From the NCBI GenBank assembly GCA_964016885.1, contig OZ024740.1:91140001-91204000 (forward strand): a stretch of DNA of 64,000 nucleotides. Reading direction: 5' to 3'. The position numbers and the translations under genes are program-made. The notes beneath the pieces are model-generated. The model worked only from the letters and a program-made list of their open reading frames with translations, was not told the DNA's origin and did no database searches. Origin of the DNA: Eledone cirrhosa. Its lineage: Eukaryota. Of the stretch, positions 38,601 to 52,805 are shown one piece after another. Position 1 is the first letter of the stretch. The number at the start of each line of letters is the position of its first letter.

Positions 38601-41600
38601 TCGTCCTGACCTCTTCATCACCTTCACGTGCAACCCGAAGGCGGATGAGATCACCCGAGAACTCCTTCCAGGGAAGTCATACCACCACCGCCTTGACCTC
38701 ATAGCGAGGGCTTTCGAGAGGAACATACAGAAAATGAAGGAATGTTGTGCAAAAGGCAACCTCTTCGGCCCTGCTAGATGCCATACGTACACCGTAGAAT
38801 GGCAGAAACGGGGCCTGCCTCACATTCATCTGTTACTGTGGCTGCAGAACAAGATCAACTCCAACGACATCGACAAATTTATCTGCGCAGAGATCCCCAA
38901 CCCTGCCACCGACAAAAAACTCTTCGACGTCGTCACGACTTCCTTGATACACGGACCTTGTTATCCGGTTTCTAACCATTCGTGACAGAAAGACGGGATC
39001 TGTAGTAAGAGGTACCCTAGGAAATGTGGTTCAGAGACCCAGACAGGGCACGACGGCTATCCCCTGTACAAGCGCCGGTCGCCTGAAGACGGTGGTTTTA
39101 CTGCCATTGTAAGGGGCAAGCAAGTCGACAATCGATGGGTGGTCCCCTATTGTCCACTTCTCACTTCGACGTTCCGAGCCCACATTAATGTGGAATTCTG
39201 TAGCTCAGTTAAATCGATTAAATATGTTTGCAAGTACGTCAACAAGGGCTGCGATTCCGCCGCATTCGCCCTCCAGTCCGAGCGGGACGAGGTCAATGAG
39301 TACCTATCGGCCCGGTACATAAGTACAAACGAAGCGTTTTGGCGAATGTTTGGTTTTTCTATCCATTAAAGGTACCCCAAAATCACAGACCTAGCGGTCC
39401 ACTTAGAGAACAGACAGCGGGTTTACTTTACGGCCGCAAATGCTGCTCAAGTTGCGGCTAACCCCAAAGAAACCACGTTAACCGCTTTCTTTAAGTTCTG
39501 CAACGTAGACGCTTTTGCGAGAACTGTAATTTACCCTCAGCTGCCGTCCTACTTCACTTGGCGCCGCAATAGCTGGGTACGGCGAAAAACTGCTAAGGCA
39601 GTTGAATCGTATCCGGGAGATACATTTTCTGACTGCCTCGGTAGAGTCTACACGGTTCCCCCAACCCAACCTGAGTGCTTTCACCTGCGCATTATTCTGC
39701 ATGAGATCAAGGGGCCGCAAGGTTTCTTTGACTTAAAAACAGTAAACGGGGAGCTTTGCAACACTTTTCGAGAAGCCTGCTTTAGGCTTGGTCTCTTGGA
39801 AGATGACTCCCAATGGGACTCGACCCTCGCCGATGGTGCTCTGCTGAAATCCCCACAGAAATTAAGGGAACTGTTTGCCTTTTTGTTGCACAATTGTGGC
39901 TTAGCTAACCCTTCAGCCCTTTGACTGAAGTACAGGGACGATTTGTGCGAGGACTTCCTCCGCACAGCCAAACGGCAAAATCCGTCTTTAGAAGTGGGGT
40001 TCACCGAAATAATTTACAACCAAGGGCTAATTTCCATCCAAGAAGAGCTCCTTCAACTAGGGGGGAATGACTTGCCAACATACAGCTTGCCAGCCGCCAG
40101 CAGGGAAGATGTTAGTGTGCTGGGTCCAGTTATTCTGTTGGAAACATCTCACGATGTCGCCATGTTGACAACTTTCCTAGATGAAAATGAGCGTAAGCTT
40201 CTTCCCGAGCAAAGGGTTGCTTATGAGACTGTCGTTGACAGTGCACTGAGTGGATTAGGTTGTGTCTTCTTTCTTGATGCCTCTAGCGGTACAGGCAAAA
40301 CCTTTGTTACCTCCCTCATTTTGGCGCGTCTTCGACAACAAAAATAGATTGCCCTTGCGGTCACCTCATCGGGGATCGCTGCTACCTTGCTGCCTGGAGA
40401 GAAGACGGCTCATGCTGCCTTTAAGCTTCCGTTGGACCTCGCACGAACTGATACGCCGACGTGCAACATTAGCAAGCACTCCGAATAAGCGGCACTTCTC
40501 GCAAAATGTTGCCTCATTGTGTGGGACGAATGCACCATGGCACATAAGGCTGCACGGGAGGCATTTGAGAGGAGTTTAAAATATATCAGGAACTCCTCGG
40601 CACCCTTGGGTGGCGTGACTTTACTGCTTTCGGGTGACTTCAGGCAAACGCTGCCTGTTATGCCCAAAGAGACAATGGCTGATGAAACCCGCGCATGCCT
40701 GAAGTCGTCGACGCTTTGGCCTATCGTTCGGACACTCCGCCTAAGCGTTAAAATGCGGGCGCAGTTCCTCGGAGAGAGCACGTCTGCTGAATTCGGCCAG
40801 GCCATCCTAGCTATAGGGGAAGGCCGGCTTCCTTCCAATGAAAAGGGTGAAGTGTCGCTGGCATCTGTCAGTAATACAGTTGACAATCCTCAGACCCTTT
40901 TAGAAGCTGTTTTTCCAAACCTACAGGTTAACTAGAGTAACTTAGATTGGCTTAGTTCAAGAGCCATCCTAGCCCCCAAAAACTCTGCTGTTAATGCTCT
41001 CAACGAAGAGCTACTCGGCAAGATTCCATCCCAAGAGAAAATGTTTAAGTCTATAGACCGCGTCACCGATCCACAGGAGGCGACGGATTACCCATTAGAG
41101 TTTTTGAATAGCCTTTACCCCCCAGGTCTCCCACCCCACATCCTGAAGCTCAAGGTCGGCAGTCCGATTATGCTTATGCGTAACATGCGCCCCTCAAAAC
41201 AGTACAACGGCACTCGAATGGTAGTCAAATCAATGACGAACCATCTCATTGAAGCAACCATTTTAACTGGTTGTGGTAAAGGTGAGAGCGTCATGATCCC
41301 AAAGCTTAGCATCCAACCTTCGACCACGGACATCCCGATATGTTTTAGGCGACATCAGTTTCCCGTAAGGCCCTGCTTCGCGATCACCATAAACAAATCT
41401 CAGGGTCAAACTTTGTCCGTGGCGGGCATTCATCTAAAAGAGCCCTGCTTTGCTCATGGCCAACTTTATGTTGCCTGCTCGCGAGTTGGGAGTAAGGACA
41501 CCCTTTTTTTCATACACACCCAACGGTATGACCCGCAACATAGTCTACAAAGAGGTCCTGTAACGTGTAATACCACTGAGATGATTTAACACAAAAAGAG

Positions 41601-42294
41601 TTTATATATATACAAACACATACACACACTCACATACAGATATATATATATCATTATCTATAAAAGCGAGTGTGTGTGCATGTTCCTTTTCTATACGATT
41701 AAAAAAAAAACACCTCCTTCAATGGAAAATTACTTATCAATATTCGAAATAGTTTCAATTAGGTCATGCAGAATTTATAGATTTAAAATTGATCCCCAAT
41801 TACGCAAACAAATCGATAAAACTCAATAATTCACGATATACCTCTCTCATAAATCTGATATCGAAACTGAAGATTACGACCCTAAATGTTGGACAGTTCG
41901 AAATACTGCTGCTGCTGTGCTTCTGGCTGTTGCTCATTTCATTCTATCAGGCTCTTCCAACAACTTTACAGTACTTTATCATCCGTTAAAAAAAAACTGT
42001 TTTTTGGCTGTTTTTTTGTTTTCGACAGAAAATTTATTACGATTTCTGTTTGCTATTCTTAATATATATATTTTTTTTGTGTTCCCTTTTTGTGATTTTT
42101 GTTGGTTTCTTGGTTGAGAAAATAAGATGGTAAAACCGGGTTGAAGAGATTTTCATTTCTAAATTCTGTTATCATTACAACTTTGACATATTTTATGTAA
42201 AGTGAATATGAGAAAAAAAAATTCTTCATATTTATTGTTTCCTAATCTGAATAAAAATAGCACTAACCCGGGCAACGCCGGGTCATTCAGCTAG
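35641..42294 (+). mobile_element. Helitron, full length, about 6.65 kb
   Basis: A|TCtatatataaaacagaggatgtgtg 5' end; 3' hairpin cccgg-gcaacg-ccggg (42267-42282) then CTAG|T; Rep/Helicase inside. Confidence 0.9.
36803..41563 (+). pseudogene. Helitron Rep/Helicase with several stops and frameshifts
   Basis: Ala/Arg-rich N-terminal repeats, CTFC..EKWP....LCCSNGKV, WMPTFKVQGQVYH, YGRPDLFITFTCNP, VEWQKRGLPHIH (HUH), KYVCKYVNKG, SGTGKTF, WDECTM, GDFRQTLPV, FAITINKSQGQT and HGQLYVACSRV. Confidence 0.95.
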
Positions 42295-42885
42295 TATATA
42301 TATATAACTGAGGATGTCTGTCCGTGTGTGTGTGAGTTTGAATCCCTAAAACTAGAGAAGCAGCCAACCGACTGTTTTAAAAAATTTACACATGTAATAC
42401 TTATGTTTCAGGGAGTGTTCTGAGCAAAAACAAATTTCAAATCTTCAATGCATTAGGGACCGCATTAGGCAATTTAGCGATCTCTCTCTATAATTCTTAG
42501 TCTTTCTCTTTTTAGATAGATACATACATATAACGTCGCGCCCTTATAATATATCTCTGTATGTCTAGCTGTATGCATTACGTCACTTTCTACAATTCGC
42601 TCTGCGTCCAGAACGCGCCCTTATAATATCTGTCTGCATGCCTGGCTGTCGACTGCCTCCAGTTATTCTACCACCCTTGCTCAATACAAATCTCACATTC
42701 ATTCCCCAACCAGTTGGTAAGTACAAACAATTTCTTCCTGACGTTTTAAGCCACAATGTTGCTTAGTTACGTACCACTATACCCTTACTCCTTAGCCAGC
42801 TGTGTTATGGCAATCTTAAGCTTAGCTAAGGCTGTTATACATTTCACAATACCTTATCCCGTGCAACGCCGAGCACCACTGCTAG
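42295..42885 (+). mobile_element. Non-autonomous Helitron directly downstream of the large Helitron
   Basis: 5' tatataactgaggatgtctg; 3' cccgtgcaacgccgagcaccactgCTAG|T; body homologous to 21672-22020. Confidence 0.8.
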
Positions 42886-42892
42886 TATAATA

Positions 42893-42957
42893 TATAATTC
42901 GGGCTGTTTGTTTACAAGCACACCGGGCATTATAATAAATGTTCGGTAAACCCATAC

Positions 42958-43032
<75 letters not shown>

Positions 43033-43425
43033 CATGTATCTATGTATATACATACTACTGTACGTCTGTATACATATATGTACGTATACATACTTATATT
43101 TAAGTATCAGCCGTACTAAGAGTGAGAAATGAAATTTCATTTTTTCCATTTATCGATTTCGGTACACCCGACCGACTAACTCACTATATATGCAAATTAG
43201 GCTTCTCAGCCGTTAATATGCATAAGGAAAGTATATACTTTCAAACGGTCAATCGACTGACAGGACGGTATACATTGCTGATGACGCTAGAAACTAGTTC
43301 ATCGTTCATTTGTCAGTGTTGAACAAAAGGGCAACGATGGTTACCGAACACTGCACGGCTAATAGTTCGGACTGTTTGTTTACAAACAAACCGAGTATTA
43401 TAAGAAATGTTCGGTAAACCCATAC

Positions 43426-43494
<69 letters not shown>

Positions 43495-43616
43495 CATGTA
43501 TGCATGTATATTCCTACTACTGTACGTCTGTATATATATATATATATGTATGTACGTATACATACTTATATTTACGTATCAGCCGTACTAAGAATGATAA
43601 ATGAAATTTCATTTTT

Positions 43617-43620
<4 letters not shown>
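42893..43620 (+). repeat. About 1.5 tandem copies of a non-coding unit of about 470 bp with a minimal HHR-like motif at 43275-43303
   Basis: ttcgg.ctgtttgtttacaa...aatgttcggtaaacccatacgtaca at about 42898 and about 43366; ttg CTGATGA cgcta GAAAC ta GTT ca. Confidence 0.75.
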
Positions 43621-43654
<34 letters not shown>

Positions 43655-43869
43655 GAAAACCATATTCCTCCTCATCAACAATTATTATGAAAAATATTTA
43701 TATTTACTTCGAAATATTATCTTCATGCGATATTCTCTTATGTAGATATCCTCAAAAATTGTGAATATATAAGATGAATAAAGATTTGCAATTGAAGGAA
43801 TAAACGCAACCAATACAGTGTCCAATAAGTTAGACATTTATTGATGGGCCAAATATATATCTCATAAAA

Positions 43870-44400
43870 GCATTTGTACATAAGATGTATATATGTAGTT
43901 GCCATGCAATAAATGCATGCTATACTTTATCTTAACTTGATAGGATTAGCTTAGACTTTCACGATTTTAAGTGACCCGTTACGCACTCTACATTGACTAA
44001 TTAGATCTTAGTAAGTAAGTGGAAATTGTCAGTTGAATATATGATAACAGATTCCTGTCACCACATACAGACAACGTACCAGAATTGTGTAAAAAATATT
44101 GATATTGAATTGGTTCTAAATAAGTTTATATCCAAACCTGATAAGATACTATAATAACCAACGCCTGGATTAGGGCCAACATATTCAAACATGCTGTTGC
44201 TACTCACAATAAACGAACGTTTGTTATTCATATAGCTTATACTGCATTATTAGTATGAATCCAATCTTTAAGATACTTCAAACCATAATACAAAAAAAAC
44301 GATTCCAATAGCACTCATATTCTCCGTATAAAGTTGACCTGATTAAGATATCAATCTAAACACTGTCTTCAGTACTTCCTAGAGAATGTTGTTATTTCTT
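43870..44400 (-). pseudogene. Very old Helitron helicase C-terminal relic
   Basis: On -: LKIGFILIM (cf. LKVGSPIML), caatttcca (QFP) and catggcaactacat (cf. HGQLY), in the expected order. Confidence 0.4.
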
Positions 44401-45771
44401 GATATCCTCGATTTCCCTCGCTTCACCAAAACGTAAAATCACATGTTTCGTACTGGATGAAAATACCATTAATATATCTTTGCGGAACTTTGTAGCAAAG
44501 GAATACAGAAATATAACCACGTTCTATAATAATAGTAATTCATATAATGCAGTAAATATAACGCACACGGTGCATGTTTCTTTGTATTTTATACAAGATA
44601 ATAAATATGTTATTGCAAATGCATCCAACGGAACACCAACTGAAGAGCATTCGTCTTGTAATCACATTATCAATTCAAACTTTATTGGAAAAATAATTAT
44701 TATGTAACATATTCATGGATTTGAGTACTGTACTGAATAAAATGAGTTGAGATTTAAACGAAAGTCTTTATCGACAAATTATTGTCACGATTTCCTAACA
44801 TTGTAAAATGAAAACAAAGATTTAGATGGCTGTCAATGAAAAGGTTAATTAAAAGCAAGTTAAATCAAGGAATAGCAATTGCGAAAAAGAAATACATTCG
44901 GTAAATAACATTAATTAAAGAACACTTAGAGTGGGCTACAACTACATAGTTTAGTGGCTGGAAATTAGTATCCGTCGTTCGGAGTGTCAGTTATCTAATA
45001 CTGGTAGGGAAAACTCTTTTATTTATATTACTTTGAGAACATGTCTATCAAACTGAATTATATTTCCAGTGCAACATGTCTTTGGCCTCATGTCAGCATG
45101 TTTACATACATACACATGCACAAGAAATGTGTGTCGAAGAAAGGTATATGTAACATAGTAATTAAATCTTTCTGACATGGAAATCGTGGAGTAGATTCAA
45201 GGAACCAAGCTTGAGGATTGAATTTGCTAATAATTATTAGGATTGTTTACAATTCTATATATTTAATGAGTGATAAACAGTAAAAAAATTCACTCATAGT
45301 AACAAACACACACATATACATATATATATATATATATTTATAGGGTTAAAAATAGGAATACGAATAAGAAGAAAGAAATAACGGGGGAGGGGAGTTTTCC
45401 TCATCAGTTGTCTACTGGGGGTCTCGGATATTTCAACACTTAAAAGACGATATATCTACCCCCAGGTCGTTCAATAACTAGGTAAGTTATTGGGAAAACT
45501 GAGGAGGGATGGAAGGAAAATAGATTTGAACATGATTCGCCACATGACTGTTAGAGGCAAGGATAAGAGAAATAAGGTGGACGTGACAACTATATTTTAT
45601 ATATTCGAGAGTAGGGAATCAGAAACAGCATTATATGAGTGGCGTTTTCGTTTTGTGGCCCTGAATTGATCAAAATATATTTACACCATCTATTTGACCA
45701 TGTAACACAAAATGTTGTATCTAACGCACTACGAGAGTGGCAATCAACCACAATTTGGATATTATTATTAT

Positions 45772-45934
45772 GTATCGGTAGAGGGTCAGACGCCATTCTT
45801 TGACGTATAGAGTTACGGCCCTTGCCATTCTGAGTTATCTTTGCCTTTCATCCTTACGTGGTCTATAAAATAAAGTACCAGTAATGCACAGGGTAATTGC
45901 TGGCCTTGTGCAAAAAGTAGAAACAATTATTATT
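45772..45934 (+). mobile_element. tRNA-derived SINE with 5' and internal deletions
   Basis: gtatcggtagagggtcagacgcc...gcctttcatccttacgtggtctataaaataaagtaccag...agaaacaattatt. Confidence 0.8.
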
Positions 45935-47619
45935 GAAAATGATGCTGCATATGTAAAACAAGCGTGTGAAATTCAAGCCTCACATCGTATTGTAATTTAA
46001 ACACTTTTCTGAAGATATATATTTTTTAGAGTACATTTGAATTGCCATGGTTAACAATATATTACTGGTATTTCACGCATTTAACGATTTCTGTGTGTTT
46101 TTTGAAATAGAAAATATTATAGATTATAAGAGCAGAGCATTATGACATGTACTCATGTTAAGTCACCAGGGTGTCTAATATCATATGCTTGCTTTCATTT
46201 AGACAACCTAGGTTCCTTTAACTTTCAACTTTCATCTTTTTCCAAAATATACTGTCTATGTTGGCTATCGAATTGTCATTTAAAAGATGTGTAAATATTA
46301 ATTCGGTTTATTTAAATACTTATGAAGCTATATGTATTTATACACTTGTAGCCAACTGAAAATTGAAACGACAACCTCCATCTAATCTTTAGCAGACACG
46401 TGCATTGTGTTTGTCCTCAATCAATATGAAGATTATTATTTCAATAAGAAAACAACAAATGAACTACCCTAAAGGAAAGGGCACAATTGCAAACTTTATT
46501 GACTTCTTAGCGTTAGAGCTTTATTTTTACTTTGTTGATGAGATATATAATGAAAAAAATATGTTGAACTGAAAGATTGTTAGTTCTTAAAATATTAACA
46601 TCTACTACTAAAGAAACAGCTGGAAGATTCTCAACTTTTTAAAGCAGATGCTGTTTATTCGCCATTTCCGAAAATATTTAAAAAAAAACTCCCACAGAAA
46701 TAATTTTTTTTTCTGTGTGTTTAGATACTTTGTATTTTCATGTTTTATATTTCCATACAAAACGTAAGTTATTAGTGTTATGTTCCAGATCATTAAATCT
46801 ATAGCTGTCTATAGTCTTTCTTTGATACATATTATTTTTGTTTAGTAGATAAATGGGAAATTCTCCAAATGTTCATGTAGTTAAACAAAGTCATGATGTG
46901 GAACATAGTAGGCAGAATTTTGTTCCTCAAAACTCGTTTTTGTATATATATATAGATACACAGAACAAATACTGTTATATTGTTTTAAAATATATTAAGA
47001 ATTAATTCACCAATATCTGTTGTAAAATAACATTTTACAATAACTATTAACTATAGAATGTATATTATAACAAACTAAGTTTTGCGAAACCCACAGTCCA
47101 TAACGAATTCAAATGATAAATTTAAGTAGGATTCAATTTGATATTAAATTCCTATAACTATGTCGTCTTCAAACTAATGAAGGGTATTCACAAATAAATT
47201 GATCCGAACAGGTTTTCATAGGACGAAATCGCTGTACTCGTTAATACTACAAATAACTACCCGCATTATAATGTAGACCATGTGAGAATGCAGATGTCAT
47301 TCTTCGAAAGTAAAATGTACTCAAGAACGCAGGTTATATAATAACATTGAAAGCATGAAATACGATTCTCTGCCTTCAATTGTGTGAAATATAAATATCA
47401 AATAGTTCGGATTGTGTGTTGGTAACAATTCGATAAATGGAACAAACATCTTCTAAACGAGATAGTTATATGCGAGGTAGAATAATGTTTATTTTAATAG
47501 GTGCAGTATCTTGATGTTATAGAGGGCATATATTTGAGTTCTAGACACCTAATGATGGGAAGATTTCGTTAGTGAATCAGCATAACGGAGACGAGGACTG
47601 TACAGACAGAAGAGTAATT

Positions 47620-49000
47620 GAAACTTCCCACAGAAGAAAGGTGCCCCGGAAGCAATAGCAATGCAGCAGCAACGGAAAAAAGAGCATCTACAGATAATGT
47701 TGCTTCATATAAGACTGCCACTCCCGCGTGGGACAGTACAGTCATACACCAACAGCAGCTGACACGACATTCTACAGGCATTGATCCATGGGCCTTTGCA
47801 ACCACCCGATGCCAATAAAATATCAAAGTATGGGTGAATTCCGTCAACGCATTTCCTAAGAAGAAATGCATTGTATCCTGCACCTATTTTTGTAGCTACA
47901 CGAATGGGTGTGCTTTTTTATAAATCTATCCATTGAAACCAAACGTTTATTCTCATGTTTTAACACCAATTGTTACTAAATGATGAATGTGGCCGAGATA
48001 CCTACTATATGTCGCAAGTAAACAAACACTGTTCACTTTTGACCTTATCACACTGATATGAAAGATGTTAATTGAAACCAAGGGACTTTAAACAATCATT
48101 TCTTCCAATTAAACAAGCCCTGACAGGACAATACGCCAATATACGTTAATCTAGATACAATAGATATCACACAAGCTTGCATATATGAACCATTAGACTA
48201 TTATATTTATGCACACTACTCGTACAAAAAAAGAACTGAACTGATTTAAAACATTAATAATTAGATGGCTGTACACTTATAAAAAAACAAGGTTTCATCG
48301 TATCACAACGACGGCGTAACAGATAGTAATCATTCAACTCAACCAAAACTAAATAACAGCACTTGAGCCCATGAGCCAAATATGATAAATAAACATAATA
48401 TTCACACTTTAGCTTTGATCTCATCTGTACCCGGTTAACATCTCAAACACGATCCGAACACAATTACCACAAAGTACCTTTAAATGTTGACAACGAGATA
48501 CTTGTCTTCTAAGTGGAAAATGCGTCAACTAAAATATAATATTCAAGTTTGAGATCACTTCTGTCTCAGCAAATTATCGTATCTTAAAAAGGTGGAAACA
48601 TGTCTATATACAATATGCGAACACACATTCGTTCACATGGCGATACAGAATAAAATTGACCACAACATTTATAATCTTCTTCTTCCTCTTTATCCTCATC
48701 CTTCATCGTAGGAACCCTATTTCGGCAGTTTGATTTCGTCATTGTATGTTGTCGCTCATTTCCCAGAGATTTAATATATTATGTAGGGCTGGCACGAATT
48801 GAAGATAGCGAATTTGGTTCCTTCCTTTCTTTAGATGACAGAATGCTGAAGCTAATGCATTATTGTACCAGCTGCAGTAATTATTGCATATACCTCAGTT
48901 TTTCTCTTCAAACCTCCAAGAAAATGAGCCCTAGTTACTTGAACTTCTCCATCTACTTCAGTGGAACTTCGCTTAACCCTCAGGAATGAATTATGAAAAG
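47620..49000. pseudogene. Very decayed Helitron-like relics on mixed strands
   Basis: On +: NAAATEKRAS repeat-like piece at 47640 and cacacattc...cagaataaaattgac near 48623 (cf. PHIH..LQNKI). On -: VKR..TEVDGEV...LG.L at 48900-48990. Confidence 0.3.
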
Positions 49001-50371
49001 CTAGATATGATATGACCTTAAAGTATATACACATTGTACTAAACAGCATTTTTCAAAACGAAATGTACCAATCACCTAATACGCTTACTCCTATTAATAT
49101 GTCCCTAGCTATACTAATTATCCAACTAAATCACAAGCTTTACATATATCTTGATACACTACATCGATGATTTATTACATATACGTTGAATATGAAGTCC
49201 TATATCAAGAATAATCTTGCACTTTCTAAAACAAATCATATTGGATATATATATAGTACTATAAAAATGTGTACATAAAATATGATTCTGCACATCTCTA
49301 ACCCATTATCTCACCTTGGAAAACGGGTATTAGAAATACATAGTGTTTACATCAAAGAGCATATTACAATCTAACGATCTATATCTGGTACTCTTACGGT
49401 GATCATTTATTTTAGTCTTTACTTTACCATAACGGAGTAATTTATCGTGATCAAAGTCCTATTAACAAACAATTAAAAACTCATAGAAGATGACAGACGT
49501 AGGCTATGGAATGCCACAGAGGCATGAGGCCGTCTCAAAGAAGTTTTACATTTATCATACACAGGGATGCTACAGTACGGGTTGCAGGCGGCTGATAGTG
49601 ATACGGGCACCAGCTATGATCGTTAGTTGCGATATACACATTCCAGCATGTGGCGGACGAATAATCAATTCCGGACCGAAAACTAATACGGGAGATGTGG
49701 CAATAGGTGACAAGCTTATTTCACAAGAAAACTCTCACAACCCAGTGATTTAACTCTGACGAGTAAAGCCTGCCTCTAAAAAAGCCAAGATTTCGTGGTT
49801 ACGAGAGAAGTAACTGACCTGGAACTAATACGAATGATTCTGACAAAACGGCAATATGGTCAGTGGGAACACAAACAATCATACCGCGTATCCTTACAGG
49901 TATACAAGTGACGCATTGAGGCTTTATGTAGAGGATTCTAACTCATCCTGTAAAACAGGCGATGGGAATATAACGTCGCCTGTGAACCAAGGGATTGACG
50001 CACAAACATATGTATCCCGAGACCCCAAACTGATTAATGAGGAGGAAAAACCCTGACAACTGGAACATCATAACCTTTACCGGTATGGAGCAGGGACTAG
50101 TAGGTGAGGCTAGATGTTAGCGGCTAGATGTAATCCTGATTTCATCAACAAAGTCCCTTAGCTCTGGTATTGCAGATTTTCTTTGGCGTCAGAAAGACTA
50201 AATAGACGGCTGTGTGGATACACTCAAGCCCCCGGCTGTCAGGATGTATTATATATTGCATCCCATTAGGAAGGATGTTTTGCCTAGTGAAACTTAAGAT
50301 GAGGGAAACTAAGAAAGAGAGCGAAGAAGAGGAAGAACAATATATTGAATGAGTAGGAGGAAGGAGGGTGA

Positions 50372-50624
<253 letters not shown>

Positions 50625-50640
50625 CTCCAAATGAAAATAA

Positions 50641-52805
50641 TGTTTTCTTTATTAACCACAAGGGTTTACATAAAGTAGACATTAAGGACAGTACAGGACA
50701 ATACATAAGGTACAAATGGGCGTTTCTGCGTGTAAAAAAAACAGAGGATGAAATAAAATAACAAAGAAAAATTCCCCAATAGGGGGGAGACTTCCGAGGG
50801 ACATTTGTGGAGAAAGCCCATTAAAAGACCACAGTGACCCTGACCACCAGGGCAAGTGCCCTCTCCCAGTTTTCCACCTTTAATTTAAAGACACATACTC
50901 AGAGAAGGCCCATTCATTCGGGCCATACTTTCTTCTCTCACCCATCTTTCAACAAAATGCTGGGAAGAGAGCACTTCCCTCTCTACCCTGATTTTCCTTT
51001 TCAGATGAAATTTGAAAAAGTTAATCAGGGCGTCACCGAAGAGGTAAGTGCTCGTCTTCAGCCCTTTCAAAATTGTCCACCATACTATCTCTTTCGCCAT
51101 GGCCACCAGACAGATAAAAACTGCCTGCCCTTCCCGGCTAAAGGAAGAGGGCGGGGCAATCCTCACGATGGGCTCAGCAGATAGCTGGATCCGTCCTACA
51201 CGTGACAGCAGTGTTCGACATAAACCCACAAGTCAGCAATGCTCGAACACTGGACGAGTGCGTGCAGGACGGTTTCGTCGCCCTGTGTGCATCTCGGACA
51301 TGCCCGGCTGACGGCACCTCCATGCCTGTAAAGTTTATCCCAAACTGGCAAAGCACCACGGTAGCACTGCCAGGCCTGGGATTTTTGGAAGTTGTCCATA
51401 GGCGCCGGCCCGAAAGTGCTTCCAAAGAGATCGGCTAGTTGATTTTCGTCGACGCCTAGAGTTTCTCCAAGTACATCGTCTCTCTCCCCTCCACTAATCC
51501 CCTATAGAACGCCAAGGTGGAGTTTCCACCGATCACATTGCCCGATTGGTCGAGGGCTGTGTGCGCCTGAAGGCATTCCAGTCTCCAAGCGCTCCCTCTC
51601 GGTCTTCGCTTGACTCAGGACTGCAGCTCCGTCAAGGAGACGAGCTGGGGAAAAACGTGTCTAGCAAACGGCGACCACACCTGATCACCGTCGAGGAAGA
51701 GGTGGAGATGTCGTAGCCTGAGCGCGTGTCTGCGCATGATCAGCATGCCCAGCCCTCCACGTAGCGGGTGTTGACAGCAGATGGACCGCCTGACCATCGG
51801 AGCGCGTCCCTTCCACAAGAAGCGAAAGAGCAAACGCTCCAGCGCAGTCAGGAGGGGCTTAGGACAAGGTACGACGGTCAGGCGGTAGTAGATGACGGAC
51901 GCGATGTACGCGTCAGCCACCTCCGCTCGACCTTTCAGGGATAGCTGCCTCTCGGCCCATTTCTGGGTGAGAAAAGCCACCCTGCTCGTCACCTCGTCCC
52001 AGTTTTTGTCCGTCTGGAGGTCTGGACCGAACCAGACCCCTAGCAATTTAACCGGTCCGTACGTCCAGCGCCCGACGACGCTGTTGGACGGCACGGACCT
52101 GTCTCTCCAGGTGCCGAGATTCAGGCCCACTGACTTTTCCTGGTTGATCATTGCTCCCCTCACCGCTTCGTATTCTCTTAGTGTAGTGCCGATCGCCTCG
52201 ATGTGTTTGGCGTTCGACACCACTACAGTGACATCGTCGGCATATGCTGACACGGATCTTCCGCATCCTAGTTCGCGCGGGATCCCCCTCAACGTCTCCA
52301 GTTTGTGCAGTAATGGCTCAAGAGTCAATACGTACAATAGGGACGAGAGGGGACATGCTTGGCGGACCGAGCGCATGATATTGAACGGTTCCGAAAGGTG
52401 ACCGTTCACTCTCACTACAGAGCAGATGTTGCTGTGCATGGCAGCGATCCAGCCTCTGAGGACGGGGCCAAAGCCAGCCGCCATCAGGACTGACGCTAGG
52501 TAACGATGGTCGACCCTATCGAAGGCTTTCGACTGATCTAAATTGATCAAAGACCCACCCGTGCCAGGTTCCCTAGCTACGCTCTCTACGATGTATCGCA
52601 TGAGGTGGAGGTTGTCGTGGATGGATCTGTCGGGAATGGCGCATGTCTGTGCCTCTCCCACCAGACCATCAACGACAAGCGCCAACCTCTTTGCTAGCAC
52701 CTTGTCCAAAATCTTGAACTCTGTGTTTAGCAGAGTTATGGGCCTAAAATTATCTATGTTATCCCCCCTGTTCGGATCCTTTCTCAGCAGCGCCACCGCT
52801 CCTCG
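50641..52805 (-). mobile_element. Tx1/L1-clade non-LTR retrotransposon, 5'-truncated (RT + CCHC + 3' UTR)
   Basis: FRPITLLNTEFKIL, LDQSKAFDRVDH, SVRQACPLS, AYADD, VKLLGVWF and CPRC...ETVLHALVQC; AATAAA near the 3' end. Confidence 0.88.

Noticed and set aside
45393-45500. CTGATGA on - with nearby pairings (agttttcc/ggaaaact, tggggg/ccccca)
   Set aside because: I could not assemble stems I-III around a correctly placed GAAA; possibly structured, but not supportable as an HHR.
44400-50100. Host gene exons among the short ORFs
   Set aside because: No recognisable domain or consistent splice pattern; a small exon cannot be excluded without transcript data.
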